NCBI RefSeq assembly: GCF_034006445.1
Contig: NZ_JAVESS010000010.1
Span: 28,933 to 92,932 of the forward strand
Length of the DNA: 64,000 bases
Origin: Desulfovibrio sp.
Lineage (GTDB): Bacteria > Desulfobacterota > Desulfovibrionia > Desulfovibrionales > Desulfovibrionaceae
Reading direction: 5' to 3'
Both the position numbers and the translations under genes were made by a program. Below, one piece after another: positions 26,918-37,445 of this stretch; the stretch's first letter is position 1, and every line of letters starts with the position of its first letter. The notes beneath the pieces are model-generated. The model was not told the origin of the DNA and searched no databases. It was given only the letters and a program-made list of their open reading frames with translations.

Positions 26918-27140
26918 GATGTCCTCCCAATAGGTTGTCTTGCTTGATCTCACAAGCGGGTAAAATTAGCTTGTGCAATTGGATAGCTTTAGCCTACCCC
27001 CCTGTCAAGTGCCCTTTGTTCTGTGCCTGAAAAGCCTCGCCATGCGCTGGTTTTCAGGCGTATGGCCTGTGATGGGGTCAAAAAGGCAAAGCATTGCCGT
27101 ACCCCGCCGGAATCTGCCCGAAGGGGCGTAATCCGGCTGC

Positions 27141-28586
27141 TCAGGGCATTATTCTGGCGTAATAGCCCTTGCCGTTACGCATGACCTGCAAAAGCACCTG
27201 CCCGGCCATGCGTTCGCGCCGGAAGGCCTGCAACAGATCGTTCATCTCGCGTACAGGGTTGGCCCCCACAGCGGTGATTGCATCGCCCTTGCGCAAGAAA
27301 CTTGAAGCCCCCTGCTTGTTGACGCTGTTGACCACAACGCCGCCGGATGTCTGCACCGCGCTGAAACCCCAGCGTTTTTCCATGAGAGCGCGGGCGTTTT
27401 CATCCGTAAAGGGCGCGGGAACAACCTCGACCGTCACGGCCCGGCCGTCCCGCCGCAGGGCCAGGCGCAGCTTTGCGTCTGGCGTCTGGTTGCGCAAAAT
27501 ATCAAGATAGTCGCGTCGGTCGCGCACGGGCGTTGCATTGATGGTGTCCAGAATGTCGCCGGGGCGTATCTGGGCCTTGTCGGCAGGAGTGCCGGGAAAA
27601 ACCATATTGATCAGCACGCCGCGCGCGTTCTTGAGGCCCAGCGCCATGGCGGTTTGCACGTCCACATCCTGCACGTCAAGCCCGAGCCACAGGGGAGCGA
27701 CCTTGCCGCTGTCCACAAGGTCGGCCATAACCCGGCGGGCCTTGTTGACGGGGATGGCAAAGCCTATGCCCTCGGCCCTGGCGTCCACGGCAGTGTTGAT
27801 GCCGATAAGCACGCCCTCCAGATTGAGCAGGGGGCCGCCGCTGTTGCCGGGATTGATGGCCGCGTCGGTCTGTATGAGGTCGGTAAAGGCGCTGTTGCGG
27901 CTGCGTATGGTGCGCCCCAGGGCGGAAACCACACCCGTCGTGACCGTATGGCTGAAGCCGAAGGGGTTGCCTATGGCAATGACGGTCTCGCCCGGCATCA
28001 CGTCGTCAGAATCTCCAAGGCGCACTGCCGGAAGATTCTGCGGGGCCCTGATCTCCAGTACGGCTATGTCGAAATCAGGGTCGGCCCCCCGCACGATGGC
28101 GGGGAACTCACGCCCGTCAAGCAGGCGTACCATGACTTCGTCGCCGCCCGCGATAACGTGGGCGTTGGTGAGCACGAGTCCCTTTTTGCCGTCAACAATA
28201 ACGCCTGTTCCCAGGCTTTCGCGCTTCTGGTTGCGGGGGGAGGGGCCGCCGAAATCCGGGCTCAATCCAAAGCCCGGCCCAAAAAACTGTTCCAGAGGCG
28301 AAAGATATTGCCCCTGAATCATATGGGTGCTGGTGATGTTGACCACAGCCGGAGCAACGGCCTGCACGGCGCGAACCACAGGGGTCATGCGCGGGCTGTT
28401 TTCCTGAGGGGCCGCGCCTGCCTGCGCAGGGGCAAGGGTAAGCAGCCCGCCGGAAAGAAGCGTCAGCAAGGTCCAGTAGAGCGCCCAGGACAAGGTGCGG
28501 TGGACGCCGCAAAAATGCCGTTGCCCGCACAGGGAACGAACCCTGGAGGGAACCTGGGCATATATGGTTGTGAGAGTTTGGGTCAT
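27141..28586 (-). CDS. htrA: HtrA/DegP-family serine protease with PDZ domains
   Basis: LTNAHV, DIAVL, QTDAAINPGNSGGPL; PDZ domains; start uncertain. Confidence 0.92.
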   Translation of the reverse strand: MTQTLTTIYAQVPSRVRSLCGQRHFCGVHRTLSWALYWTLLTLLSGGLLTLAPAQAGAAPQENSPRMTPVVRAVQAVAPAVVNITSTHMIQGQYLSPLEQFFGPGFGLSPDFGGPSPRNQKRESLGTGVIVDGKKGLVLTNAHVIAGGDEVMVRLLDGREFPAIVRGADPDFDIAVLEIRAPQNLPAVRLGDSDDVMPGETVIAIGNPFGFSHTVTTGVVSALGRTIRSRNSAFTDLIQTDAAINPGNSGGPLLNLEGVLIGINTAVDARAEGIGFAIPVNKARRVMADLVDSGKVAPLWLGLDVQDVDVQTAMALGLKNARGVLINMVFPGTPADKAQIRPGDILDTINATPVRDRRDYLDILRNQTPDAKLRLALRRDGRAVTVEVVPAPFTDENARALMEKRWGFSAVQTSGGVVVNSVNKQGASSFLRKGDAITAVGANPVREMNDLLQAFRRERMAGQVLLQVMRNGKGYYARIMP

Positions 28587-28720
28587 TGGTGAGAATCCTC
28601 GGTTTCGTATACCCGTCATAATAAGCACCCTCAGGCGATGGTAAAGGGCGGGCTGGCATATTCTCTCTGTTTGCCGCGCCTGCCCTTGCGCACGGAAAGG
28701 GGAAAGGCTAGAGAAAAATT

Positions 28721-29845
28721 ATGAACGACACCACTTCACAGTTTTTTTCATCCCCAATGGCACTTGAAAGGATTTTTCCCGACCTGCATATCGAACCTTT
28801 GCGCCAGCAGGATCTGGATGCGGCCCAGGCGCATCTCGACGACCTCACCAAACCCAGAGGCAGCCTCGGCAGGCTTGAAGATCTGGCCCGCAGGCTCTAC
28901 GCCATGCGTAGGGGGCAGGTGCCCCTGCGGGTACAGCCTGCGCTCATGCTAACCGTTGCGGGCGATCACGGCGTGGCGGCTCAGGGGGTTTCGCCTTTTC
29001 CGCAGGCCGTGACGCGCCAGATGGTGCAGAATTTTTTTGGCGGCGGCGCGGCCATCAACGTGCTGTGCCGCAGCATGGGCATGGAACTGCGTGTTGTGGA
29101 CGCCGGTTGCGCTGGCGGCCCGTTTGCGCCGAACCCCATGCTGCTGGACTGCCGCCTCGGTGACGGCACGGCGGATATGACGCTTGGCCCGGCCATGAGT
29201 GTGGAAACCTGCCTCAAGGGGTTGCGTGCGGGCGTCAAACTGGCTCATGACGCCGCAGACAAAGGATATCAGTGTCTTGGCGTGGGGGAAATGGGCATTG
29301 CCAACTCCACTGCGGGTACGGCCCTTTACTGCGCGCTGCTGCACCTTGAACCTGAGGTCATGGCAGGGCCGGGGGCGGGAGCCGATGCGGCCATGGTGAA
29401 GCACAAGGCCCAGGTAGTGCGCAAGGCCCTGGCCGTTAACGAAAAAGCGGTGCGCAGCGGCGATCCCTTGAAAGTTCTGGCCGCTCTTGGCGGCTACGAG
29501 ATTGTGGTAATGAGCGGCATCATGCTGGGCGCGGCCTCGCGGCGCTTGCCCGTGCTGGTGGATGGCTTCATTTGCAGCGCGGCCTATGTGGCGGCCTTGC
29601 ACATATGCCCGGTTCTGGCCGAGTACGCTGTGCTGTCCCATGCCTCGGCAGAGCAGGGGCACGGTCGGGCGCTGGCCCGGCTGGAGGAGGCCACGCCCGA
29701 ACAGCGGCCCCTGCTGCACCTCGACATGCGGTTGGGCGAGGGCACCGGGGGGGCCGTGGCCTATGGCCTGCTACGCTGCGCCGCCGACATCTATAATGAT
29801 ATGGCCACATTCAGCGCTGCCGGTGTGGCGGAGCAAACATGCTGA
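28721..29845 (+). CDS. cobT: Nicotinate-nucleotide--dimethylbenzimidazole phosphoribosyltransferase
   Basis: LTKPRGSLGRLE, AGDHGV, GEMGIANST, LDMRLGEGTG. Confidence 0.95.
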   Translation: MNDTTSQFFSSPMALERIFPDLHIEPLRQQDLDAAQAHLDDLTKPRGSLGRLEDLARRLYAMRRGQVPLRVQPALMLTVAGDHGVAAQGVSPFPQAVTRQMVQNFFGGGAAINVLCRSMGMELRVVDAGCAGGPFAPNPMLLDCRLGDGTADMTLGPAMSVETCLKGLRAGVKLAHDAADKGYQCLGVGEMGIANSTAGTALYCALLHLEPEVMAGPGAGADAAMVKHKAQVVRKALAVNEKAVRSGDPLKVLAALGGYEIVVMSGIMLGAASRRLPVLVDGFICSAAYVAALHICPVLAEYAVLSHASAEQGHGRALARLEEATPEQRPLLHLDMRLGEGTGGAVAYGLLRCAADIYNDMATFSAAGVAEQTC

Positions 29846-31014
29846 CCATGACAGACGGTGCCAGGGGGGATTTGGATGCGCCTCGCGCGGACGGCGTGAC
29901 GATAACTCCCGCTACATGCCCTGCCGCAGACCCGGCAGTAGACCCGGCCGCAGGCCTTGCTGCTGATTCCGCCGCAGGCCTTGCCGCAGATTCTGCCACA
30001 GACCCTGCCGCAGGCCCGGCAGTATACCCGGCCGCAGGCCTTGCCGCAGACCCGGCAGTAGACCCGGCCGCAGCCCCTCTGCTTGAACTGCGCGAAGTTT
30101 CACGGCGTTTTGCCGTCAGGCGGGGTTTTTTTGCCGAGCAGCGCCTTCTTACGGCTGTGGACGCCGTGAGCCTTTGTCTTTATCCCGGTGAAAGTCTGGG
30201 GCTTGTGGGCGAATCGGGCTGCGGCAAATCGACTTTGGGGCGGCTTGCCTGCGGTCTGCTCGCACCCTCAGAGGGGCAGGCGCTGCTTGGCGGCAGGGAT
30301 TTGCCCCCGGCAGGGGCCAACAGCTGGGCCTCCGGGCAGATTCAGATGGTATTTCAGGACCCTTTTTCTTCACTCAACCCACGGCTTTCCGCCAGGGCCT
30401 CCATTGCCGAGCCTCTGGCTGCGCGCAACATTCCCCGGGGCGAACGCCTCAGGCTGGCTGACGAAATGCTTGCCACCGTGGGGCTTGAAGGCATGGGGGG
30501 AAGGTACCCTCACGAATTTTCGGGCGGCCAGCGTCAGCGCATAGCCGTGGCCCGCGCGCTTATCACCCGGCCTCAGGTGGTGGTATGCGATGAGCCCGTG
30601 TCCGCTCTGGACGCCTCGGTGCAGGCGCAGATACTGAACTTGCTGCGCGACGTGCAGGAACACTTTGGCCCGGCCTATCTTTTCATTTCGCACGACCTTT
30701 CCGTGGTGGGTTTTTTGTGCAGGCGCATTGTGGTCATGTATCTGGGGCAGGTGGTGGAAGAAGCCTCAGCGGAGCAGCTTTTTTCCGGCGCGGCCCACCC
30801 CTACACGCAGGCGCTCATGGCCGCCATGCCCACGGGCGAGGGCGGGGGCTATCTTGCCCCGCCGCTGGAAGGCGAACTGCCAAGCCCTCTGGACCCGCCG
30901 AACGGCTGCCGTTTTCATCCCCGTTGCCCCAAGGCGCAGGATATTTGCCGTCGTGAGGCTCCGGCCTGGAAGGAGCGCGCCCCGGACTGGCGGGCACGCT
31001 GCTGGTTTGCCTGA
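29839..31014 (+). CDS. Oligopeptide/dipeptide-type ABC ATP-binding protein with Ala/Asp/Pro repeat N-terminus
   Basis: GESGCGKS, QMVFQDP, FSGGQRQR, CDEP, HPYT, PPNGCRFHPRC. Confidence 0.9.
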   Translation: MLTMTDGARGDLDAPRADGVTITPATCPAADPAVDPAAGLAADSAAGLAADSATDPAAGPAVYPAAGLAADPAVDPAAAPLLELREVSRRFAVRRGFFAEQRLLTAVDAVSLCLYPGESLGLVGESGCGKSTLGRLACGLLAPSEGQALLGGRDLPPAGANSWASGQIQMVFQDPFSSLNPRLSARASIAEPLAARNIPRGERLRLADEMLATVGLEGMGGRYPHEFSGGQRQRIAVARALITRPQVVVCDEPVSALDASVQAQILNLLRDVQEHFGPAYLFISHDLSVVGFLCRRIVVMYLGQVVEEASAEQLFSGAAHPYTQALMAAMPTGEGGGYLAPPLEGELPSPLDPPNGCRFHPRCPKAQDICRREAPAWKERAPDWRARCWFA

Positions 31015-31081
31015 CGCGCACCGGGCAGGGCGCTCGAAGGGCGGGCCGAAAAACCGTTTTTCCTGTTCTTTTACCGAATGA

Positions 31082-31124
31082 AACGTCGGCTTTCAGGCAT
31101 GCCTGAAAGCCGACGTTATTTTTA
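31082..31124 (+). terminator. Rho-independent terminator
   Basis: 17-bp stem AACGTCGGCTTTCAGGC-at-GCCTGAAAGCCGACGTT then ATTTTTA. Confidence 0.75.
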
Positions 31125-31187
31125 CCGCGCCGGACTGGCCACGGGTTTTGAAACATCCCCACTTCAGATCAGAAAACCCTTTGTGCC

Positions 31188-31338
31188 TAGAGCAGATTAA
31201 CTTTGAAATGCTTCACATTTCAAAGTGTTCATTCAGCCGAAAAATGTGATTTTCAGCTGAATCCACGCCACGTTGTGGCGCGCTGCACTTTTGTGCAGCG
31301 TTAGAGCATTTACACTTTTTCAAAGTTAAAATGCTCTA
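31188..31338. mobile_element. MITE-like element, family C copy 1 (151 bp)
   Basis: TAGAGCAGATT...AAAATGCTCTA; matches 62790-62940 (inverted) and both arms of 39289-39640. Confidence 0.85.
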
Positions 31339-31350
31339 ATGAACCACAAC

Positions 31351-31416
31351 AAGAGTTTTAGGGGGAGGGGGTGTGGGGGAGGAGACCCTTTTGCAAAAGG
31401 GTCCCTCCCCCACAAA
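31351..31416. repeat. REP-like GC-rich hairpin, family E copy 2
   Basis: Similar to 16364-16422; followed by CCTAACCG 8-mer repeats at ~31437-31462. Confidence 0.7.
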
Positions 31417-31453
31417 GTATTTCACCATAACCTTAACCTAACCGCCTAACCGC

Positions 31454-32284
31454 CTAACCGCCCTTGCGTTCCATTTCCGCACCGCGGGCGTCAGCGGCCA
31501 GCACGGCGTCAACCAGAAGGCCGGTGAGGCCCGCGCGATCCAGCACGTTCACTCCGGCAATGGTCAGGCCGCCGGGCGAGCAGACGTTGTCCCGCAGCTG
31601 TCCGAGGGGTGAGGCGTCCTGCTCCGCCATGCGGGCCGATCCGGCAAAAAGGGCCGTGACCATCTGCCGTGACTGGGCGTGGGTGAAGCCCAGCGTCACT
31701 CCGGCCTGCACGAGTCCCTGCATCATGGCAAACACGTAGGCCGGGCCAGCGCCAATGAGCGCGGAAAAGGCCGTGAACTTTTCTTCAGCCAGTTCAACGC
31801 ACTGCCCCAGAGTGCCGAAAACCTGCAAAAGGTTTTGCTTGTGGCTTTGGGAGAGTTTGGGGTCTTCAAGGCACAGGGCAAACACGCCCATGCCCACCAG
31901 GGCGGGCGTATTGGGCATGCAGCGCACTACGGGGCAGGCGTTTTCGGCCCATTGGGCAAGGCTGTTGCTGGTGATGCCCGCAGCCACGGACACAAGAACC
32001 TTGTTTGCGTCAAGCGCGGGGCGCAGTTGCCCCACCACTTCCCGTATCTGGTAGGGCTTGACCGCCAGAATGATGATGTCCGCATTTTCGGCCACAGCGA
32101 GGGGGCTTGTCATGACCTGCACCCCTGCTTCTTCAAGGGGACGCATGCGCGAGGTTGTGCGGTTGTAGCCACACAAAGCGTAAGCGTCCGTCTGGCCCTG
32201 GGTATGGCCCGCACTGCGGGCCAGCCCGGCCAGAATGGCTCCACCCATATTGCCGCAACCTACACAGCCTATGCGCATTGTCAT
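31454..32284 (-). CDS. proC: Pyrroline-5-carboxylate reductase
   Basis: GCGNMG, ILAVKP, VRCMPNTP, GAGPAY, VCSPGGLT. Confidence 0.95.
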   Translation of the reverse strand: MTMRIGCVGCGNMGGAILAGLARSAGHTQGQTDAYALCGYNRTTSRMRPLEEAGVQVMTSPLAVAENADIIILAVKPYQIREVVGQLRPALDANKVLVSVAAGITSNSLAQWAENACPVVRCMPNTPALVGMGVFALCLEDPKLSQSHKQNLLQVFGTLGQCVELAEEKFTAFSALIGAGPAYVFAMMQGLVQAGVTLGFTHAQSRQMVTALFAGSARMAEQDASPLGQLRDNVCSPGGLTIAGVNVLDRAGLTGLLVDAVLAADARGAEMERKGG

Positions 32285-32287
32285 GAT

Positions 32288-32707
32288 TTACTCCGAAATT
32301 TCCAGGCCACTGAAGAAATAGCCAATTTCAAAGGCGGCGGTTTCCTGAGCGTCCGAGCCATGCACGGCATTGGCCTCAATGCTCTGGCCGTACTTGGCGC
32401 GGATGGTTCCGGATTCGGCCTGGGCAGGGTTGGTGGCGCCCATGAGAGCCCGCCAACGGGGCACAGCGTCTTCACCACGCAGCACCACGCAAACCAGGGG
32501 GCCGGAGGACATATAGTCCGTCAGGCTGTCGAAAAAGGGGCGTTCGCGATGGACGGCATAGAACCCGGCGGCCTGGGTCTTGGAAAGATGCAACCTTTTG
32601 AGGGCCACGATCTTGAGCCCGGACGCCTCCATAGCCGCCAGTATTTCACCGGTGAACTGGCTTGCAACGGCATCGGGTTTGATAATGGCAAAGGTGGATT
32701 GCATCAT
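32288..32707 (-). CDS. ndk: Nucleoside diphosphate kinase
   Basis: TFAIIKPDA, HRERPFF, GTIRA, NAVHGSD; start moved to MMQST (RBS GGAG). Confidence 0.96.
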   Translation of the reverse strand: MMQSTFAIIKPDAVASQFTGEILAAMEASGLKIVALKRLHLSKTQAAGFYAVHRERPFFDSLTDYMSSGPLVCVVLRGEDAVPRWRALMGATNPAQAESGTIRAKYGQSIEANAVHGSDAQETAAFEIGYFFSGLEISE

Positions 32708-32944
32708 GACACACTCCTTAATCTGATAGGAAAAAGACGGGACGCCGCATACGCCCCGGCGCGCCCCTTGCGGCGCACTGCCCGTCCGGTGCGGCTCCCC
32801 ATCGGAGCCACGGCGGGCAAAGTTGTTAACATGGCGCTTGGGGCATCGTCGTGGTGAGGATGCACTGCGACCGCGCGGGCAAAGGCCCGGCATGCGCTGC
32901 GCCTGATGTAGAAAAAATGTCCTGGCCTGTGGCGCGGCTACTTT

Positions 32945-33071
32945 TAGAGCATTTAACACTTGAAATGCTCGCGTACGGCAGGCAAAAGCCCGCCTACTCG
33001 CATTTCGTGGCAAGGATTTTCAGAAAAATCCTTGCAGAGCATTTAACTCATTTCATTCGTAAACTGCTCTA
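32945..33071. mobile_element. MITE/ERIC-like element, family B copy 3 (127 bp)
   Basis: Near-identical to 6774-6901. Confidence 0.88.
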
Positions 33072-33091
33072 GCACGGCCACTATGGCGTGG

Positions 33092-34717
33092 CTATCGTGC
33101 AGGTGTACGGGCCGTATCGGCAGCCTTTTCCTGCGCAAGGCGCCAGACCAGCCGCCGCAGGGGCACAAGGGCCACCTGCTCCTTGTCCTGCCAGGTTCGC
33201 AGGGCGCGCAGGGTTTCCTCATACGGGTGACCGATGGCCACTGCGTAGCCTCTGGCGCGGGCCTTTGCCGCCGCCTGATCCAGGGCGGACAGGATGTCGG
33301 GCGTCTGGCGGCGTGTATCAAGAAAAACGTCCCGCACGGCGCTTACCATGCCCAAGGCCCGCGCCTGCACTCCCAATTGTGAATCCGGGGTGGTGAGGCT
33401 GTCCAGCACAAAAAAGCCCATGCCCTCAAGCCAGGCGCACAGGTGGCGGCAGGAGGCCGCGCTGCCTGTGAAGGCCGAGCCCATATGGTTGTTCAGACCC
33501 ATGGCCGACGGCAGGGCAGAAAGATTGTCCGTAAGGGCAGCCCTGATCTGGCCGGGATCCATATCCGTACGCAAGGCTCCCGGCCCGGGCTGCGGGCGTT
33601 TGCCGTCTGCTCTGGCCAGCGGCTCCATGGGCACATGGGCCATGACGTCGAGCCGCCGCTGTGCGGCCACATCCGCCGTTGCACGCGCGTGCGGCGCGCG
33701 CGGCCAAATGGCCAGGGTTACAGGATAGGGCAGGGCGGCCAGCGCCTCCGCGGCACTCAGGCTTTGGCCCATATCGTCAATAACCAGTGCAAGGGCGGGC
33801 CGGGGCAGAGGTATTGCCAGATCAGCCAGTTGCGCCTCGCGTCCAGGAAAAAGAAAGCGGTGCGTGAGACGGCCATTATCGTATATGTCCAGACTTCCCG
33901 CATCTGTCCAGGCGAGGCGGATTGCGCCGTTGGCAAGGTCTGGGCCAAAACGGTCTGGGCCAGCACGGTCTGGATCAGGCAGGGCAACTTCACTGTGGGG
34001 CAGGGCCGCGCCGCCTTTGGCATTGGGGCCGTTTTCACCACGCAGGCCGCCGGGGGCGGCCTCTTCAGCCGCGAGCTTTGTTCTTTCCGCCAGAACAGTG
34101 GCGTCTGGCCGGGCCAGCTTGTCCAGCAGCCCCAGGCCGAGGCGCAGCGGAGCGCAGGGGCCTGTCACTGTATAGACGCGGACCGCAGGAGCCTGGCTGG
34201 CGGCAGCGGGAAACTCGGCTGCCTGCCCCGACGCTCCGGAGGGTGCGCCAGAGGCTGCGCCGGAAGAGTCGCTGTTGCCGCGCTGCGCGTTTTTCGCCAT
34301 GCCCTTGGGGTCAGCCGTGCCGCCAGGGTAGCCGCCATATCCGCTGTCTGGGCCGCCACCGATAGGGGGAGAAGCCAGTTCCCGCCGCCAGCGGGCGGTG
34401 GGCAGCGTTTGCGGCAAAACTTCTTCCACCATCTTGTCCAGCGCATCCAGTCTGGCCTGCGGATCGGCGGCGTCCCTGCCTTTTTGCGGCCTCTGGCCCG
34501 GAAGGGCAAACAGGGGGGCGCTGGCGGCATCCGTCACTGCCGGGGACTGGTTTTCAGCAAAGGGGGCGGGCGCGTCACGTCCCACCCACAGGGCAAAGGC
34601 CAGACTGGCCGCCAGCCAGAGCCCCCCGGCGAGGGCCATGCGTACAGACGCGGAAAGCCTCCCGCCCGACCACAAAGGGCCAGTCTGGAGGCTTTCCGTA
34701 TCATTTTTATGAAGCAT
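33092..34717 (-). CDS. Divergent polysaccharide deacetylase (YibQ-like)
   Basis: LVIDDMG, AHVPMEP, GLNNHMGS, FVLDSLT, RDVFLD, AIGHP; long low-complexity N-terminal half. Confidence 0.88.
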   Translation of the reverse strand: MLHKNDTESLQTGPLWSGGRLSASVRMALAGGLWLAASLAFALWVGRDAPAPFAENQSPAVTDAASAPLFALPGQRPQKGRDAADPQARLDALDKMVEEVLPQTLPTARWRRELASPPIGGGPDSGYGGYPGGTADPKGMAKNAQRGNSDSSGAASGAPSGASGQAAEFPAAASQAPAVRVYTVTGPCAPLRLGLGLLDKLARPDATVLAERTKLAAEEAAPGGLRGENGPNAKGGAALPHSEVALPDPDRAGPDRFGPDLANGAIRLAWTDAGSLDIYDNGRLTHRFLFPGREAQLADLAIPLPRPALALVIDDMGQSLSAAEALAALPYPVTLAIWPRAPHARATADVAAQRRLDVMAHVPMEPLARADGKRPQPGPGALRTDMDPGQIRAALTDNLSALPSAMGLNNHMGSAFTGSAASCRHLCAWLEGMGFFVLDSLTTPDSQLGVQARALGMVSAVRDVFLDTRRQTPDILSALDQAAAKARARGYAVAIGHPYEETLRALRTWQDKEQVALVPLRRLVWRLAQEKAADTARTPAR

Positions 34718-34740
34718 GTGCTGTCAGGTGACGCCCGGCG

Positions 34741-36108
34741 TCAATCGGCCTTGATTTCACGCATCTTGGGCAGGCTCTTGACCATCTGCAGGCCCATGCG
34801 CAGCTGATTGTCACGCGCAAGCTGTTCCTGCGCGTCATTGGCCGAATTTTTGCCCTTGGCCGCCTTCTTGTCCGGTTTGGTTTCAAGGTGGCGGTTCAGG
34901 TCCTGCTCGCGCAGCATCATGCGCGGGTTGTCCTTGTCATCGTTGCGGGGCGCTTCAAAGGGGATTTCCAGATCAGGCACAATGCCTTCGGCCTGAATGG
35001 AGCTGCCGTTGGGCGTGTAGTACAGGGCCACCGTGAGCTTGAGGCCGGAGCCGTCAGCCAGGGGAATGATGTTCTGCACAGAGCCCTTGCCAAAGGAGCG
35101 TTCGCCCACAATGAGGGCGCGCTTCTGGTCACGCAGAGCGCCAGCCACAATTTCAGAGGCAGAGGCGGAACCCGCGTTGATGAGAACCACCATGGGAACG
35201 CGCACGTCGTCGCCCTGCTTTTTGGCCGTGTACACACGCTCGGTGTTCTCGCGGCGGCCCTTGATGGAAACGATGGTTCCCTTGTCAAGGAAGGCGTCAG
35301 ACACGCTTACGGCCTGATCCAGCAGCCCGCCGGGGTTGTTGCGCAGGTCGAGCACGATGCCCTTGATGCCGCCAGTGGCCTTGCTTTCTTTTTCAGCGGC
35401 CTTGAGGGCCTCTTTCAGTTCGTCAGTGGTGCGTTCGGAGAAGCGCGTGAGCCGCAGCCAGTAGTAGCCGTCTTCCAGCTTTTTGGACTTGACGCTGATG
35501 AGGGGGATGGCGTCACGCGTGATCCGCACGGTTTGCGGGTTTTTGGATTCGTGGTGCAGAATGACCAACTCAACTTCCGAACCCTTGGGGCCACGGATGC
35601 GCGACACCACTTCCTGGAGGGACAGTTCCTGGGTTGGCTGGCCGTTGATGGACAGAATGATGTCGCCCGGTTGCAGGCCAGCACGGAAGGCCGGGGTGTC
35701 CTCAATGGGAGTGACCACGGTAATCTGGCCGTTTTCCTGTGATATTTCTATGCCCACGCCAAAGAACTCGCCGGAGGTGGTCTCCTGCATTTCTTTGTAT
35801 TCATCGGTGTTCATGAAGGTGGAGTGGGGGTCAAGCCCTTGCAGCATACCCTTGACAGCACCGTTGATCAGGTCACCTTGCGAAACATCGCGAACATAAT
35901 AACGCTCCACCAGATCAAGTACCTGGCTGAAGCGCTTGAGGGCATCGAATTTATTGGGAGCATCCTTGGTCTGCTCTTTGGCCGGATCCTTGGCCGATTC
36001 CTTGGCCGGTTCCTTGGCTTCGGCGCTGTGCACCATGCCCCCGCACGCCAGAGCGACACCGAGGAGCAGTGTAAAACTAAGTACAAATGAACGGAAAAGA
36101 AGACGCAT
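34741..36108 (-). CDS. ctpA: Carboxyl-terminal processing protease (S41)
   Basis: LDPHS, GVGIEI PDZ, LDLRNNPGG, SASASEIVAGAL, SFGKGSVQ; start moved to MRLLF. Confidence 0.92.
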   Translation of the reverse strand: MRLLFRSFVLSFTLLLGVALACGGMVHSAEAKEPAKESAKDPAKEQTKDAPNKFDALKRFSQVLDLVERYYVRDVSQGDLINGAVKGMLQGLDPHSTFMNTDEYKEMQETTSGEFFGVGIEISQENGQITVVTPIEDTPAFRAGLQPGDIILSINGQPTQELSLQEVVSRIRGPKGSEVELVILHHESKNPQTVRITRDAIPLISVKSKKLEDGYYWLRLTRFSERTTDELKEALKAAEKESKATGGIKGIVLDLRNNPGGLLDQAVSVSDAFLDKGTIVSIKGRRENTERVYTAKKQGDDVRVPMVVLINAGSASASEIVAGALRDQKRALIVGERSFGKGSVQNIIPLADGSGLKLTVALYYTPNGSSIQAEGIVPDLEIPFEAPRNDDKDNPRMMLREQDLNRHLETKPDKKAAKGKNSANDAQEQLARDNQLRMGLQMVKSLPKMREIKAD

Positions 36109-36773
36109 ATTGACGTTCTCCACACAGACTGAATGGACGTAAGGGGCACCGCAACATGGCGGTCCACGGCGCTGAAAAATGGGCGCGCGCCCCATGACGC
36201 CAGAGCAGGACACTTATGCCCAAACCAGCGTGCATCAGTCCATACTGAACTTTTTTGATTAAAAAGGCAAACCAAAAGGCGGCCATTACCGCATGGCAAG
36301 CCTGCTGCGCCAGAATTGACAGGGGTGGAAGATCCGCGCGTCCAAAACGCGCTGTCTGGAAAAGCTGCGGCAACAGCAGGAACAATTCCCGTATGGCTCA
36401 AACACTTCTGTGAGACCCCGCCCGCAGCATGCGCCGTGAAGTGGATTCTGCTGAAAATGACATGTGGCTGTGGAACGACCCATTGAACTGTGGGACATTT
36501 CAATGGGCATTTGCACCCATGACGCCGTCGCGCACGGTCACAGGGCCAGATTGAAAGAGGGCCGCTGGCATCTGCCAGCAGCCCCCGCCCCCTTTGAGAC
36601 TCTTGAACACATCGGATTTATTCGTGGCGGTCAGCGGGCGCATGGCCCGGCTTTTCGCCTGAAATCTTGTGTGGTTGCTCCCTCTCTGCCAAGCGCCGCT
36701 TACGTGGATTGGCCCGCATGGGCGCGTCCTTTGTCAGCGTATGGATGCCTGGAGCAAATCCTGTTTGAATGTC

Positions 36774-37277
36774 TTACTTGCAGCATTCGCTGGCGTTGAA
36801 AAAGGCAGCCGTGCCAGCGCCGCACACGGGACAGGCGTCACAGGGGCCTTCGTGGGTGTAGCCGCAGACCTTACAGATGTAGTAGTCGGTCGCGGGCAGA
36901 CCAGCGGGGTTTTCAAGGGCCTTTTTATACAGGGTGGCGTGCACTTCTTCGACGGTGTTCACAAAGTCGAAATATTTGGCGATGGCGGTCTTGCCTTCTT
37001 CCTGGGCGTCCTTGATCATTTCGGGATACATCTTGGTGAATTCGTAGGTTTCACCTTCAATGGCCGCCTTGAGGTTGGCCACAGTGTCGCCGATTTTGCC
37101 AGCGTTGCGCAGATGCGCGTGGGCATGGATGGTTTCGGCGGCAGCAGCAGCGCGGAACAGCTTGGCAACCTGGGGCATGCCTTCTTTGTCGGCAGCCTGG
37201 GCAAAGGCAAGATATTTACGGTTGGCCTGGGATTCACCAGCAAAAGCCGTCATGAGATTTTCTTGAGTCTTGCTCAT
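36774..37277 (-). CDS. rbr: Rubrerythrin
   Basis: AFAGESQANRKY, EETIH-like ETIH and EEVH diiron ligands, C-terminal CKVCG...CPVC rubredoxin domain. Confidence 0.92.
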   Translation of the reverse strand: MSKTQENLMTAFAGESQANRKYLAFAQAADKEGMPQVAKLFRAAAAAETIHAHAHLRNAGKIGDTVANLKAAIEGETYEFTKMYPEMIKDAQEEGKTAIAKYFDFVNTVEEVHATLYKKALENPAGLPATDYYICKVCGYTHEGPCDACPVCGAGTAAFFNASECCK

Positions 37278-37317
37278 TTTTCACTCCTTACAGTGTAAAA
37301 ATTTTGTTGTTTGATTT

Positions 37318-37336
37318 ATCGAGAACGATTCCTATT
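37318..37336 (-). promoter_or_regulatory. PerR-like box upstream of rubrerythrin
   Basis: Minus strand AATAGGAATCGTTCTCGAT, an imperfect 19-bp palindrome 41 bp upstream of the start; resembles the Desulfovibrio PerR consensus as recalled. Confidence 0.6.
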
Positions 37337-37445
37337 TAACCAATAGCCCTGTGCTTGTAAAGCCTTTTTGTAATAATTTTACGTGTGCTGGGTGCAACTA
37401 CTGATATCTATATAAAATAATTATTTATTAATGGCAATTTTACGT

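Noticed and set aside
32708-33013. Long N-terminal extensions in the ORF track for ndk (also receptor 1, mfd, ctpA, DUF364, rpsT)
   Set aside because: Downstream starts have better RBS or overlap signals; the extensions run through intergenic or repeat DNA
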